Shown: in pieces, positions 27,957 through 38,163 of the stretch | Numbering within the stretch: the first letter of the stretch is position 1 | Layout: every line of letters starts with the position of its first letter | Origin: an uncultured Actinomycetota bacterium | GTDB lineage: Bacteria; Actinomycetota; Actinomycetes; Propionibacteriales; Nocardioidaceae | Assembly (NCBI GenBank): GCA_963837995.1 | Contig: CAWIPS010000010.1 | Location: 34,285 to 98,284, forward strand | DNA length: 64,000 nt | Direction: 5' to 3' | Made by a program: the position numbers and the translations under genes | Notes under the pieces: generated by a model | Told to the model about the DNA's origin: nothing | Seen by the model: the letters and a program-made list of their open reading frames with translations, nothing else | Database searches by the model: none

Positions 27957-29038
27957 GGTCCCGCGTCGTCCGGCATGTCCACGTGCACGTCCTTGTGCCA
28001 GGACTGGGTCATGTAGGTCGTGGTCCACCCCATCGACGTGTACAGCCCGTCGGCGCCGGTCGGGGAGTCGGCGTCCACCTCCAGGCCCACCCGGTCGCGC
28101 CCGTTGGCCGCCGCGTGCGCGATGATCGTCCGCAGCAGGGACTTGGCGACGCCGCGGCCCCGTGCGTTGGGCAGCACGCCCAGGTAGGACACGTAGCTCC
28201 CGTCGGGCTGCCCGGCGGCGCCCTCGGAGACCGAGCCGACGAGCACACCGGCCGGCTCGGGGGACGGACCGTCCACGAGCTCGGCCACCCACCAGTGGTC
28301 CCAGCGGTGCCCGGGATCCTCGCGGAGCCGGTAGACGAACTCGTCGAAGGTCTCCGCATGGCTGTTGAAGTGGTCGGCGAACGCAAGCTCCAGCACGTCG
28401 TGCACGGTGCGCAGGTCGACCTCGTCGGGCATCCCGGTGCCCTGGCGGACGACCCCCCGGATCCGCACCCCCGGCCCCGTCCCGGCACCGAGGTCCGCCT
28501 CGTCCGCGGAGACCGGCCGGGTCATCTGCCACCACGTGCGGACCTGCTCGAACCCGGCCCGCTCCAGCCACCGCTGCTGCCGGACGTCGCCGTCGAACGC
28601 ACCCGTGTCCACCTGCTGGGTCTCGAGCCATCGCTGGCGGCCGACCCGCTCGGCGGCCTCGTCCGCCCAGCCGAGCAGTGCGGCCGCCGCCTGGTCGGCG
28701 AGCCCGTCGGCGAGCCGCCAGTCGACCACCAGCGTGAGGAGCATCCGCCCGGCCGCCCGGTCGTGCGCACTCGCCCAGCCGCGCAGCTCGCCCTCCGCGT
28801 CGCGGAGCACCAGGTTGTCCCTCGTGCGGGGACCGCCCATGGACCCGGAGCCGGACAGCTCGACGTGCACGTCGGCCTCCGAGGCGCCGCTCCAGCCGCG
28901 GGCGTGCTCCTCGTGGCGCCTCAGCAGCGCGGTGAGCTCGACGACGTCGGCCTCGTCCGGCTTGGCGCTGGACCAGCCGGTCGGGAGGCCTGGTGCGGAT
29001 GCGGCGGAGGGGGAGGTCACCGTTCCATCCTTGCGCAT
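27953..29038 (-). CDS. Tandem GNAT N-acetyltransferase
   Basis: VSYLGVLPNARGRGVAKSLL (acetyl-CoA motif A), VGLEVDADSPTGADGLYTSMGW. Confidence 0.85.
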   Translation of the reverse strand: MRKDGTVTSPSAASAPGLPTGWSSAKPDEADVVELTALLRRHEEHARGWSGASEADVHVELSGSGSMGGPRTRDNLVLRDAEGELRGWASAHDRAAGRMLLTLVVDWRLADGLADQAAAALLGWADEAAERVGRQRWLETQQVDTGAFDGDVRQQRWLERAGFEQVRTWWQMTRPVSADEADLGAGTGPGVRIRGVVRQGTGMPDEVDLRTVHDVLELAFADHFNSHAETFDEFVYRLREDPGHRWDHWWVAELVDGPSPEPAGVLVGSVSEGAAGQPDGSYVSYLGVLPNARGRGVAKSLLRTIIAHAAANGRDRVGLEVDADSPTGADGLYTSMGWTTTYMTQSWHKDVHVDMPDDAGP

Positions 29039-29093
29039 GCCGGCCCGGCCCCGTCGCCCAGCCGGACCTGGTCCTGCGTCCGGCCGCCCCGGC

Positions 29094-29726
29094 TCAGGCG
29101 TGCGCCGCGGCCTCGGACGCGGGCGTGGTTGCGACCGGGGTCGCAGGCGGGGTTGCGGGCTGGGTCGCGGGCCGGGTCGCGGGCCGGGTGCCGGCCTCCA
29201 GCTCGGCGACCCGGGCGGAGAGCCGCTGCACCTGGTCCTGTGCCTCACCCACCCGGCGTGCCTCGCGCTGCACCCGGGTCTCCGCCTCCGCCGCCCGCCG
29301 CTCGGCCTCGAGGGCACGCTGCTCGGCGCCGGCGGTGCTCCTGCCCAGCTCGGCGACCTCGCGGTCGCGACGGGTGAGCCGGGCCGTCATCGCGGCGGTG
29401 AACTCGAGGTGCTCGGCGGCACGGGCGGCGAACACCGAGCGGTAGGCCTCGGCCTGCGCGGCCCGGTCGGCGGCAGCCTCCCGCCGGCTCTGCACGAGCT
29501 CGGAGTAGACGATCCGGGCTGCCGCCCAGCCGCACAGCAGGGCGAACACGGAGGAGATGCTGAGCCACACCGGGGACTGCGTCGGGAGGGCCAGCAGCAC
29601 CACCACCGTGGCGACGGCGAGCAGGCCGACCGACACGGTCACCCGCACGCTGCGCTGCCGGCGCCGCCCGGGGCGGGAGGCTCCGCTGGTCACGACCGTG
29701 GGGAGGGCAGAGCCAAGGACAGCCAT
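29094..29726 (-). CDS. Hypothetical membrane protein with coiled coil and PAT-repeat tail
   Basis: Two hydrophobic segments, then ELVQSRREAAADRAAQAEAY... coiled coil; tail TRPATRPATQPATPPAT. Confidence 0.65.
   Translation of the reverse strand: MAVLGSALPTVVTSGASRPGRRRQRSVRVTVSVGLLAVATVVVLLALPTQSPVWLSISSVFALLCGWAAARIVYSELVQSRREAAADRAAQAEAYRSVFAARAAEHLEFTAAMTARLTRRDREVAELGRSTAGAEQRALEAERRAAEAETRVQREARRVGEAQDQVQRLSARVAELEAGTRPATRPATQPATPPATPVATTPASEAAAHA
29138..29189. repeat. Imperfect 12-bp tandem repeat (GGGTCGCGGGCC x4)
   Basis: Units at 29138, 29150, 29162, 29174. Confidence 0.8.
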
Positions 29727-29743
29727 GACCCCAGGGTAGGAGG

Positions 29744-30322
29744 CTAGCGCTGGTCCTTGCTGACCCGACACGCACGTTCGAGAAGCAGCGAGCCGACCAC
29801 CAGCAGCACGCCGGCCACCCCGGCGAGCAGCGAGTGCGTCATCCGCTGACGTGCCAGCACACCCTCGGTCAGCCCCAGCCAGCTGATCGCATAGCCGAAG
29901 TAGCCCCCGGCGACCAGTGACCCGGCCAGCGCGCAGGACTTGGCGAGCACCAGCCGGTTCACCGCATGGTGCGGCGCGAGCCGCTGGTGGCGACGGTGGA
30001 GGAGCCGGTACGTCGACCAGGCGACCGAGCCCACCACGAGCGCGACGAACAGCAGCGCGAGGACGGGGAGCCAGCCCACGGTGGGCGCCGCCCCGGAGGT
30101 CGCGACGCTGACCGGCCGCACCAGCCAGCCCAGCACCAGGCCGACGAGCGCCGCACCGACCACCGTGCCGGGGGTGGTCGTCCCGAGCCGCCCCCGGCCC
30201 GGCCCACCATCCGGGTCACCGGACGGCCCGGTGGGCGAGCCGTCCGGGCCACCGGCCTCAGGTGGCTCCTCACGGTCCCGGCGGTCCGGGCGGTGCCGGT
30301 CCGGGTCGTGGGCCCCGGTCAC
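29744..30322 (-). CDS. DUF3180-like membrane protein
   Basis: HHAVNRLVLAKSCALAGSLVAGGYFG, LLLERACRV; usual position downstream of folK in actinobacteria. Confidence 0.75.
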   Translation of the reverse strand: MTGAHDPDRHRPDRRDREEPPEAGGPDGSPTGPSGDPDGGPGRGRLGTTTPGTVVGAALVGLVLGWLVRPVSVATSGAAPTVGWLPVLALLFVALVVGSVAWSTYRLLHRRHQRLAPHHAVNRLVLAKSCALAGSLVAGGYFGYAISWLGLTEGVLARQRMTHSLLAGVAGVLLVVGSLLLERACRVSKDQR

Positions 30323-30341
30323 GGACGGACCCCGCGCATCC

Positions 30342-30911
30342 TCATGTGAAGGTGAGGCTCAGGTCGTCGCGGAGGCTCACCGCCTGGTCCGACGTGCTCT
30401 CCAGCAGGTCCGCGACCGGCCCGACTCCGGGCAGGGCGGCCTCGGGGTCCAGGTCGTGCCACGGGGCGAGGACGAACGCCCGCTCGTGCGCCTTGGGATG
30501 GGGCAGGACCAGGTGGTCGTCGTCGGCGCGCCGGTCCCCGACGACGATGAGGTCCACGTCGAGGGTGCGTGGTGACCCGTGGTCGCTGGTGCGCTCACGC
30601 CCGTAGGCGTCCTCGATGGCGAGCGCACGGTCCAGCAGCGTCCGGGCGGCCAGCGTCGTGTCGAGGAGCACCACCGCGTTGAGGAACTCCTCGGAGCCGG
30701 CCGGCGCGTCGACCGGGTCGGTGGCATAGACCGGCGAGACGGCGGTCAGCCACACCTCGGGGGTGTCGGCGAGCGCGTCGATCGCGCCCTGCAGGTTGTT
30801 CAGCCGGTCGCCGAGGTTCGACCCGATGGACAGCACGCACCGGCGGATCGGGTGCATCTCCCCGGTCAGCGTGTCGGTGTCCACGATGTTCGGGTTGGGG
30901 GTCTCAGTCAT
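30342..30911 (-). CDS. folK: 2-amino-4-hydroxy-6-hydroxymethyldihydropteridine diphosphokinase
   Basis: LSIGSNLGDR, FLNAVV, PRTLDVDLI, LPHPKAHERAFVLAPW. Confidence 0.95.
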   Translation of the reverse strand: MTETPNPNIVDTDTLTGEMHPIRRCVLSIGSNLGDRLNNLQGAIDALADTPEVWLTAVSPVYATDPVDAPAGSEEFLNAVVLLDTTLAARTLLDRALAIEDAYGRERTSDHGSPRTLDVDLIVVGDRRADDDHLVLPHPKAHERAFVLAPWHDLDPEAALPGVGPVADLLESTSDQAVSLRDDLSLTFT

Positions 30912-31398
30912 GGTCGTCTCCGATGGTGTCTCCGGTGCGAGATCCGGTGCGGTGGCTGGGGTGGTGGCTGGGGTGGTGGCTGGGATGCTGGCTGGGGTGG
31001 GGGCTGGTGCGAGTGATCGTGAGGGTCACGTCGGTGAACGTCGCCCGGACGGGGGCCCCCGGCTTGTGCACGGTCACCTCTGCCCGGCGTACCCGAGGGT
31101 CCTCCAGGCAGATGTCGGCGACGCGCTGGGCCAGCGTCTCGATCAGGTCGACGGGGTCCGACTCGATCGCCTGCGTGACCTTGAGCCCGAGCGTTCCGTA
31201 ATCCACGGTGTCCTGCAAGTCGTCGGTGCGGGCGGCGACCCGGGTGTCGAGACCCAGCACGACGTCCACGCTGAACAGCTGGCCGTCGCGGCGCTCGGCG
31301 GCCAGCACCCCGTGGTGGCCGAACGCCTCGATCCCGGTGACGCTCAGCCGGTCGAGGACCTGCTCGGCCCCGGGGACCCCGGTGATGCCCTCACCCAC
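30904..31398 (-). CDS. folB: Dihydroneopterin aldolase with His/Pro-rich C-terminal extension
   Basis: GIEAFGHHGV...ERRDGQLFSVD, TVDYG, LIETLA, VTVHKPGAP; start uncertain. Confidence 0.93.
   Translation of the reverse strand: MGEGITGVPGAEQVLDRLSVTGIEAFGHHGVLAAERRDGQLFSVDVVLGLDTRVAARTDDLQDTVDYGTLGLKVTQAIESDPVDLIETLAQRVADICLEDPRVRRAEVTVHKPGAPVRATFTDVTLTITRTSPHPSQHPSHHPSHHPSHRTGSRTGDTIGDDHD
30951..30998. repeat. 12-bp tandem repeat (GGTGGCTGGGGT x4) in folB 3' end
   Basis: Units at 30951, 30963, 30975, 30987; encodes HPSQ/HPSH on the minus strand. Confidence 0.85.
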
Positions 31399-31813
31399 CG
31401 TCAGGACCCGACGTGAGGACCGGGGAGGCGTGGTGCAGCCAGAGCCGCCAGCCCTCCGGGGTGTCGACGAACACGTTGGTGGCGACCGCGCGGCCGCCGC
31501 CGAAGGCGTCCGGCCCGGTGCGGTCGTCACCGGTGAGCACGTTCTCGGTGCAGGTCACCGTCGCGGTGGTGCCGTGCACGGCGATCCCCACGTCGGTCAG
31601 GAAGAACTGGATGTAGGGGGTGTGCGCCATCACCAGGGCCCACGAGCGGCTGACCGCCCGGGCCCCGCGCACCGGCAGCGCACCCGGGTGCACGCACACG
31701 GTGCCCGGGTCGTCGAGCCACAGGTCCCGCATCGTGTCCAGGTCGGCGCTCTCGATGGCCTCGTAGAATGCGGTGTTGAGCGCCTCGACCTGCCGGTGCG
31801 CGGTGTCAGGCAC
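31391..31813 (-). CDS. NTF2/SnoaL-like protein
   Basis: NTAFYEAIESADLDTMRDLW, CVHPG, ATNVF, WRLWLHHASP; usual position between folP and folB. Confidence 0.85.
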   Translation of the reverse strand: MPDTAHRQVEALNTAFYEAIESADLDTMRDLWLDDPGTVCVHPGALPVRGARAVSRSWALVMAHTPYIQFFLTDVGIAVHGTTATVTCTENVLTGDDRTGPDAFGGGRAVATNVFVDTPEGWRLWLHHASPVLTSGPDGG

Positions 31814-32688
31814 GCGTGACCTCCGCCCGGTCCGGAGTCGCCGCCCAGCGCACCGCGACCCGGACCGCGTCCAGGGTGGGACGCACGGAGTGCGCGCGGA
31901 TGCACCAGGCCCCGGCGGAGGCGGCCAGCGCCGCCGTCGCCGTGCTCGCGTCCTCCCGCTGGTCCGGCGGTCTCGGTGCCCCCGTCGGGTCGGCGAGGAG
32001 CGCGCCGAGGAACCGCTTGCGGCTGGTCGCGATCAGCAGTGGCTGCCCGAGCTCGTGCAGCCGCTCCATCCCGGCGAGCACGTCCCAGTTCTGCTCCGCG
32101 GTCTTGGAGAAGCCGATGCCGGGGTCGACGGCGATCCGGCTCCGCGTCGACGCCCGCGGCCACCGCTGCCTCGAGCCGCCGGCCCAGCTCCTCGATCACG
32201 TCGCCCACCACGTCGCCGTACGCCGTGTGGCGGTGCATGTCGCGCGAGTGGCCCCGCCAGTGCATCACGACGTACGGCGTCCCGGACCGGGCGACCACCG
32301 AGAGCATCTCCTCGTCGGCCAGCCCACCGGAGACGTCGTTGACGAGCGCCGCCCCGGCCAGCACGGCCTCCCGGGCCACCGAGGCCCGCATGGTGTCCAC
32401 CGAGACGCGCACGCCCTCGCGGGCCAGGCCGGTGACCACCGGCAGCACCCGGTCCGCCTCCTCCTGGGGGCTGGGCCGGTCGGCACCGGGCCGGGTCGAC
32501 TCCCCGCCCACGTCGACGAGGTCGGCGCCCTGCGCGACGAGCCGGCGACCGTGCTCGAGGGCTGCGGCCGGGTCGAGGTAGCAGCCACCGTCGGAGAAGG
32601 AGTCCGGGGTCACGTTCAGGACGCCCATCACCAGGGGACGCCCCGGGCGCGGCAGCCCGTCGACGTAGCGGGGCGGGCCGGCGAACAT
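31806..32688 (-). CDS. folP: Dihydropteroate synthase, one extra base at ~32140 (likely consensus error)
   Basis: VMGVLNVTPDSFSDGG, DVGGESTRPGA, SVDT, VNDVSGG; after removing one base continues RIAVDPGIGFSKT...ATSRKRFLG. Confidence 0.92.
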
Positions 32689-32817
32689 GGCCCGACCCTA
32701 CCGCCCGGGTCGGCACCGTCGGGGGCGCTACCATCGCCCCCGACCCTGTCCTGCCCCGGTCCCGACACGACCCGGCGCACACTGCTTCAGACTTCTTCCC
32801 AGACTTTGGAGACCACG

Positions 32818-33327
32818 ATGAGCCAAGAGGCCCAGCCGGGCGGCGAGCTCGCCCTCGAGCTGTCCGCCAGCTATGCGCACCGGACGGGTGAGGACCTGCA
32901 CATCGTCCTCGGGCTGGTCGACCAGGACGCACCCGCACCCAGCCAGCTCGAGCTGCGAGCCGGCAAGAAGGTGGTCAGGGTGCCGGTGACCCCCCAGGAC
33001 GGCACCCTGGACGCGCGGGTCCCGTCGGCGCGTCTGCGCCCGGGTCTGTGGCGGCTGTCCCTGGCCGGTGCGGACGGCGGCACGAGGCCGGTGCAGGCCC
33101 GGCTGCTGAACAGCCGCAAGCAGCCGGTCGCGCTGCTCCCCGGCCCGGTCCCGAGCACGCAGCTGGCGCCGCCGCAGCCGGCGCCCCCGGCGTCGCGGTC
33201 CCCGAAGGCCCGTGCCTACCGGGCCGCCGCTCGGGTCGCGAACAAGGGTCTGGCCCTGCTGCCCGAGCAGCAGTCCACCAAGGCTCGCGGTGTGCTCCGG
33301 AAGGCGGGCCGCCGGGTCCTCGGCTGA
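32818..33327 (+). CDS. Hypothetical protein (beta-rich N-domain, basic C-tail)
   Basis: ATG 32818 after GGAG; high GC3 codons; MSQEAQPGGELALELSASYAHRTGEDLHIVLGL... Confidence 0.65.
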   Translation: MSQEAQPGGELALELSASYAHRTGEDLHIVLGLVDQDAPAPSQLELRAGKKVVRVPVTPQDGTLDARVPSARLRPGLWRLSLAGADGGTRPVQARLLNSRKQPVALLPGPVPSTQLAPPQPAPPASRSPKARAYRAAARVANKGLALLPEQQSTKARGVLRKAGRRVLG

Positions 33328-33350
33328 TCCCCGGCCGGCCCGGGCAGGCA

Positions 33351-33502
33351 CGTCGACCCGGCGCATCTGCAGGCCGAGAACCCGTCCGTACGGCGGGCAG
33401 CCACCGCCAGACCCGCCGGGTCGAGGGGGTAGCGGCCGCCAGACGCGCCGGGTCGAGGGGGTAGCCGCAGCCGGCACGCCAGACCCGCCGGGTCGAGGGG
33501 GT
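33351..33502. repeat. REP/BIME-like cluster: one inverted plus three direct copies of CAGAC(C/G)CGCCGGGTCGA
   Basis: Inverted copy 33351-33376; direct copies ~33405-33430, 33437-33462, 33477-33502; lies between convergent stop codons. Confidence 0.8.
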
Positions 33503-33510
33503 GGCGACGC

Positions 33511-34281
33511 TCAGCCGACCGGGGCGCCCTGGCGCTCCAGCAGCCCGGCGTCCTGGACCAGCCGCCGGATCTCGGCCCGGGCCCGGGCGTCCGGTGCGGT
33601 CCGCAACGACCGGACGGCGTCCCAGACGGGTGCCTGCACGACCTCTCGGGGCTGGACGGCCCGGGTCCGCTCGAGGGTCGCCTCCGGAACCACCTGCGGG
33701 TCGGGGACCACGAACTCGCCGACCAGCCGGTCGTAGGCGTCGGGCAGCGCCGTGGACGTCGGGTCCGGCGTCATCAGCACCGCCGTGCCGGTCGGTCGGG
33801 TGTCCACCTCGAGACAGATCAGGTCCGGACGCAGCTCACGGAAGGCATCGACCATCTTGTAGACGTCCCCGGCCCAGTGCCCGTGCGCGGCCGCTCCGCG
33901 CCGGGTGCGCCCGGCCTCCTCGATGCCGCGGGGCAGCATGTCGTCGATCACGATGACGCTGGCCGCGTGGCAGTAGCGCTCCACGTTGATCACGTCGCGC
34001 AGGGCGTACTCGGACAGGTGCATCCCGTCGATGAACGCGAGGTCCACGACCGGCTCGTCGAAGTGCGCCAGCGGATGACGCCGGGCGAAGAACTCGTCGC
34101 TGGTGGTCCGCACCAGGTGCAGGTCGCAGAGGATCTCCCGCTCGATCTCGTAGAACGGGTCGACCGCGACAGTCCTGGCCCGGGACAGGGCGAGGCTGGC
34201 GCCCTTGCGGACCCCGATCTCCAGGTAGTTGCGCGGCTGCACCAGCCGGTGCAGGTGCTTGAGCAGTTCGTGGCGGAACAC
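33511..34281 (-). CDS. Class I SAM-dependent methyltransferase (Methyltransf_24-like)
   Basis: YLEIGVRKGAS, VAVDP, DLAFIDGMHLSEYALRD, IVIDD. Confidence 0.85.
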   Translation of the reverse strand: MFRHELLKHLHRLVQPRNYLEIGVRKGASLALSRARTVAVDPFYEIEREILCDLHLVRTTSDEFFARRHPLAHFDEPVVDLAFIDGMHLSEYALRDVINVERYCHAASVIVIDDMLPRGIEEAGRTRRGAAAHGHWAGDVYKMVDAFRELRPDLICLEVDTRPTGTAVLMTPDPTSTALPDAYDRLVGEFVVPDPQVVPEATLERTRAVQPREVVQAPVWDAVRSLRTAPDARARAEIRRLVQDAGLLERQGAPVG

Positions 34282-34349
34282 GGTGGAGCCTCTCGGTCAC
34301 GGGCTGGGCGGGGACACGGACAGTATCAACCGGGCCGGCTCCGGGAGGC

Positions 34350-34961
34350 TCAACGGCTGGCCATGATCAGGCTCATGGCCTCGGCACGGGTGGCCGCCCG
34401 GTGCATCGTGCCCCGCACCGCCGAGGTGACCGTCTTCGAGCCGGGCTTGCGCACCCCGCGCATGGTCATGCACAGGTGCTCCGCCTCGATGACCACGATG
34501 GCGCCGCTGGCCTGCAGGATCTCCATCATCGAGTCCGCGATCTGGGTGGTCAGCCGCTCCTGGACCTGCGGGCGCTTGGCGTAGACGTCCACCAGACGCG
34601 CGAGCTTGGACAGACCGGTGATCCGACCGCTGGGGTTGGGGATGTAGCCGACGTGCGCCACCCCGGTGAACGGCACCAGGTGATGCTCGCACATCGACCA
34701 CAGCTCGATGTCGCGCACCAGGATCATCTCCTCGTGGCCGGCGTCGAACGTGGTGGTCAGCACGTCCTCCGCCGAGAGCCGCATCCCGCCGAGCAGCTCG
34801 GCGTAGGCGCGCGCCACCCGCGCCGGGGTCTGCTGGAGCCCCTCGCGGTCCGGGTCCTCCCCGACCGCGATCAGGAGCTCGCGGACGGCGGCCTCGGCTC
34901 GAGCCTGGTCGAAGGGCGGGATGTTCGCCAGCGGCTCCTGGGCGATCGGGTCGACGGCCAT
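34350..34961 (-). CDS. folE: GTP cyclohydrolase I
   Basis: [50 protein letters not shown]. Confidence 0.97.
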   Translation of the reverse strand: MAVDPIAQEPLANIPPFDQARAEAAVRELLIAVGEDPDREGLQQTPARVARAYAELLGGMRLSAEDVLTTTFDAGHEEMILVRDIELWSMCEHHLVPFTGVAHVGYIPNPSGRITGLSKLARLVDVYAKRPQVQERLTTQIADSMMEILQASGAIVVIEAEHLCMTMRGVRKPGSKTVTSAVRGTMHRAATRAEAMSLIMASR

Positions 34962-34995
34962 GTCAGCGAGCCTCTCGGGAGTCGGGCGGTGCGGG

Positions 34996-37014
34996 TCAGC
35001 TCTCGGGCCGGTCCTCGGAGGTGCGCACCGCCGGGTCCCCGTGCACGTCGCCGCCACCACCGGGCGGCGTCAGGATGACCGCGCCCTGCGACTCGGGCGC
35101 GTAGCCGTTCGACGAGGCCTGGGGAACGGGCACCGGCGGGATGCTGGAGGGCTCCCGCGTCGGCGACCCCGTCCAGGCCGGGCGGGCGGGCCGCCGCCGC
35201 AGCGGCTCGAAGACCTTGGCGATCTGCGCCTTGTCGAGGGTCTCCTTCTCCAGCAGCTGGGTGACCAGGTCGTCGAGCACGTCACGGTTCTCGACCAGGA
35301 TGTCGAACGCCTCCTGGTGGGCGTTCGCGAGCAGCTGCTTGGTCTCGGCGTCGACCACCGCCGCGACGTCCTCGGAGTAGTTGCGCTGATGACCGAGGTC
35401 GCGGCCCAGGAACGGCTCGGAGTTGTTGTCGCCGAGCTTGATGGCGCCGAGCCGCTCGGTCATGCCGTACTCGGTGACCATCGCCCGGGCCACCGACGTC
35501 GCCTTGTCGATGTCGTTGCCGGCACCGGTGGTCGGGTCGTGGAAGACCATCTCCTCGGCGGCGCGTCCACCGAGCATGTAGGCCAGCTTGTCCAGCAGCT
35601 CGGAGCGGGTCTGGGAGTACTTGTCCTCGTCGGGCAGCACCATCGTGTAGCCCAGGGCCCGACCGCGCGGCAGGATCGTCACCTTGTGCACCGGGTCGGT
35701 GCCCGGCAGCGCCGCCGCGACCAGGGCGTGGCCGCCCTCGTGGTAGGCGGTGATGAGCTTCTCCTTCTCGCTCATCAGCCGGCTGCTGCGCTGCGGTCCG
35801 GCGATGACCCGGTCGATGGCCTCGTCGAGCACCTCGTTGTCGACCAGCTTGAGGTTCTTGCGGGCCGTGAGCAGCGCCGCCTCGTTGAGCACGTTCGCCA
35901 GGTCCGCACCGGTGAACCCGGGGGTGCGGCGGGCGACACTCATCAGGTCCACGCCGGTGGCCATCGGCTTGCCACGCGAGTGCACCTGGAGGATCTTGTG
36001 ACGTCCGGCGAGGTCGGGGGCGTCGACGCCGATCTGCCGGTCGAAGCGTCCGGGCCGCAGCAGCGCCGGGTCGAGGATGTCGGGGCGGTTGGTCGCGGCG
36101 ATCAGGATGACGCCGCCGCGGACGTCGAAGCCGTCCATCTCCACGAGCAGCTGGTTGAGGGTCTGCTCACGCTCGTCGTGGCCGCCTCCCATGCCCGCGC
36201 CACGGTGCCGGCCGACGGCGTCGATCTCGTCGATGAACACGATGGCGGGGGCGTTCTCCTTGGCCTGCTCGAACAGGTCGCGCACCCGGGAGGCGCCGAC
36301 GCCGACGAACATCTCCACGAAGTCCGAGCCGGAGATGGAGTAGAACGGCACCCCGGCCTCACCGGCGACCGCACGGGCCAGCAGGGTCTTGCCGGTGCCG
36401 GGAGGCCCGTAGAGCAGCACGCCCTTGGGGATCTTCGCGCCGACCGCCTGGAACTTGGCGGGCTCCTGGAGGAACTCCTTGATCTCGCCGAGCTCCTCGA
36501 TCGCCTCCTGGACGCCGGCCACGTCCGCGAAGGTGGTCTTGGGCATGTCCTTGCTGATCAGCTTGGCCTTGGACTTGGCGAACTGCATGACCTTGCCGCC
36601 ACCGCCCTGCACCTGGTTCATCAGGAACAGGAACAGCACCACGATGATGATGAAGGGGAGCAGGGTGGCGAGGATCTGGCCGAGCAGGCTCGGCTTGGCC
36701 ACCTTGACGTTGTAGTCGACGATGTCGCCCTTGGCGACGCCCGCCTGGGCCTTGGCCACCAGCCCGCGCTGCTGGCCCTGCACCCACGAGGCGGTCACCT
36801 TCTTGCCGTTGTCGAGCTCGGCCTGGATCACCTGGTCCCGGTCCACGAAGGTGACCGTCTTCACGGTGCCGTCCGAGATGTAGGTGCTCATCGTCGAGGT
36901 GTTGATCTCCTTGTAGCCGCCGTTGGGCGCAAGGAACTGGAGGGCGAGGAGCACGCCCACCACAGCCACGACGATCCACACCCACGGACCGCGGAAGATA
37001 CGCTTAACGTCCAT
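34996..37014 (-). CDS. ftsH: ATP-dependent zinc metalloprotease FtsH
   Basis: Two TMs, [36 protein letters not shown]. Confidence 0.98.
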   Translation of the reverse strand: MDVKRIFRGPWVWIVVAVVGVLLALQFLAPNGGYKEINTSTMSTYISDGTVKTVTFVDRDQVIQAELDNGKKVTASWVQGQQRGLVAKAQAGVAKGDIVDYNVKVAKPSLLGQILATLLPFIIIVVLFLFLMNQVQGGGGKVMQFAKSKAKLISKDMPKTTFADVAGVQEAIEELGEIKEFLQEPAKFQAVGAKIPKGVLLYGPPGTGKTLLARAVAGEAGVPFYSISGSDFVEMFVGVGASRVRDLFEQAKENAPAIVFIDEIDAVGRHRGAGMGGGHDEREQTLNQLLVEMDGFDVRGGVILIAATNRPDILDPALLRPGRFDRQIGVDAPDLAGRHKILQVHSRGKPMATGVDLMSVARRTPGFTGADLANVLNEAALLTARKNLKLVDNEVLDEAIDRVIAGPQRSSRLMSEKEKLITAYHEGGHALVAAALPGTDPVHKVTILPRGRALGYTMVLPDEDKYSQTRSELLDKLAYMLGGRAAEEMVFHDPTTGAGNDIDKATSVARAMVTEYGMTERLGAIKLGDNNSEPFLGRDLGHQRNYSEDVAAVVDAETKQLLANAHQEAFDILVENRDVLDDLVTQLLEKETLDKAQIAKVFEPLRRRPARPAWTGSPTREPSSIPPVPVPQASSNGYAPESQGAVILTPPGGGGDVHGDPAVRTSEDRPES

Positions 37015-37254
37015 TACCCGGGGCGTCCGCCCCGACCTCCTGCCAGCTCAAACCGACGACAAATCGACGGTACACGCGGATTCCAACGAAGGAGACCACC
37101 TTCTTCGTTCCCCTAGTGTCCCCCGTCACGCGCCGATGCGGCTCGGCGGCCCGGGTCGCGGGCACGCGCCCGGGGTCCCCGGCGGGAGTCCCTGGTTCGG
37201 CTAGTGTGTCGCACTGTGCAGTCCACGACAGGTCTGGGTGCCGGAGCGCGGCGG

Positions 37255-38160
37255 ATGGCTGGCCAGGCACGCCGCCGGCTCGCGCGCAAGGGCGGCCAGC
37301 CGAGCCCGGCCCCGAGCCGGGAGCCGAAGCGACCCAAGCCCCCCCGCACCGCCATCCTGGTGGTCAACGGGTTCGACCGGCGCGGCCGGTGGGGCGACTT
37401 CAACGCCGACGAGGCGCGGGAGTTCCCCTGGATCGACCTGTGCCTCAAGCAGATCGAGAGGCACTCGCGCGGCTCCTCCTACGAGGTCCTGGTGTGGGAC
37501 AACACCTGGCTGCCCGAGCACCGCGAGCTGATCGAGAACAACCCCAAGGTGCGCCGGTTCGAGCCGAGCGAGCCGGGCACCGACGTCCGCCACGGCGCCT
37601 CCCTGGACCAGCTCGTGCGGCAGGTGCGGCCCCGCACCAAGTTCATCATCACCCTGGACACCGACTCGTTCCCGATCCGGGACGGCTGGATCGAGAACCT
37701 CACCGGGCGGCTCACCGACGACGTGCTGGTCGCCGGCGTCTGGCGTGACGAGATGCTGCCCCGCAAGCCCGCCTTCATCCACCCCTGCTGCCTGGCGATC
37801 CGGAAGCGGACCCTGCATGAGCTGGGCGCGAAGTTCATGGTCGGCAGCGGTGCCGACGTGGCCCACAACGTCACCCTCGCGGTGCAGGAGGCCGGCGCCC
37901 GGGCCAGCAAGCTCCGCCGCAGCAACCACTTCAGCCCGCACTTCCTGATGGGCGCCGTCTACGGTGACCTGATCTACCACCAGGGCGCAGGCAGCCGGGC
38001 GCCCACCTTCAGCGCCAGGACGGACTCCGACCACGACGAGGCGGTTCGGCTGGCGCTGCGAGACGCCGCGTTCCGGGACCTGGACTCGCTGGTGGAGGCG
38101 CTCGCCGGCAACCTGGACCCGGCGACGGTGCCGGGCCTGGTCGCCCCGGCGGAGGTGTAG
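37255..38160 (+). CDS. Putative GT-A fold glycosyltransferase-like protein
   Basis: YEVLVWDN, FIITLDTDSFP (DxD), LIYHQGAGSR; strongly GC3-biased codons in this frame. Confidence 0.65.
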   Translation: MAGQARRRLARKGGQPSPAPSREPKRPKPPRTAILVVNGFDRRGRWGDFNADEAREFPWIDLCLKQIERHSRGSSYEVLVWDNTWLPEHRELIENNPKVRRFEPSEPGTDVRHGASLDQLVRQVRPRTKFIITLDTDSFPIRDGWIENLTGRLTDDVLVAGVWRDEMLPRKPAFIHPCCLAIRKRTLHELGAKFMVGSGADVAHNVTLAVQEAGARASKLRRSNHFSPHFLMGAVYGDLIYHQGAGSRAPTFSARTDSDHDEAVRLALRDAAFRDLDSLVEALAGNLDPATVPGLVAPAEV

Positions 38161-38163
38161 CCC

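Noticed and set aside
31806-32688. folP as a true pseudogene
   Set aside because: A single-base insertion in an otherwise intact housekeeping gene; consensus error is more likely (same for dacB 42427).
33351-33502. Possible CRISPR array
   Set aside because: Only 3-4 units, spacers 6-14 bp, one unit inverted, the same motif is dispersed elsewhere, and no cas genes are present.
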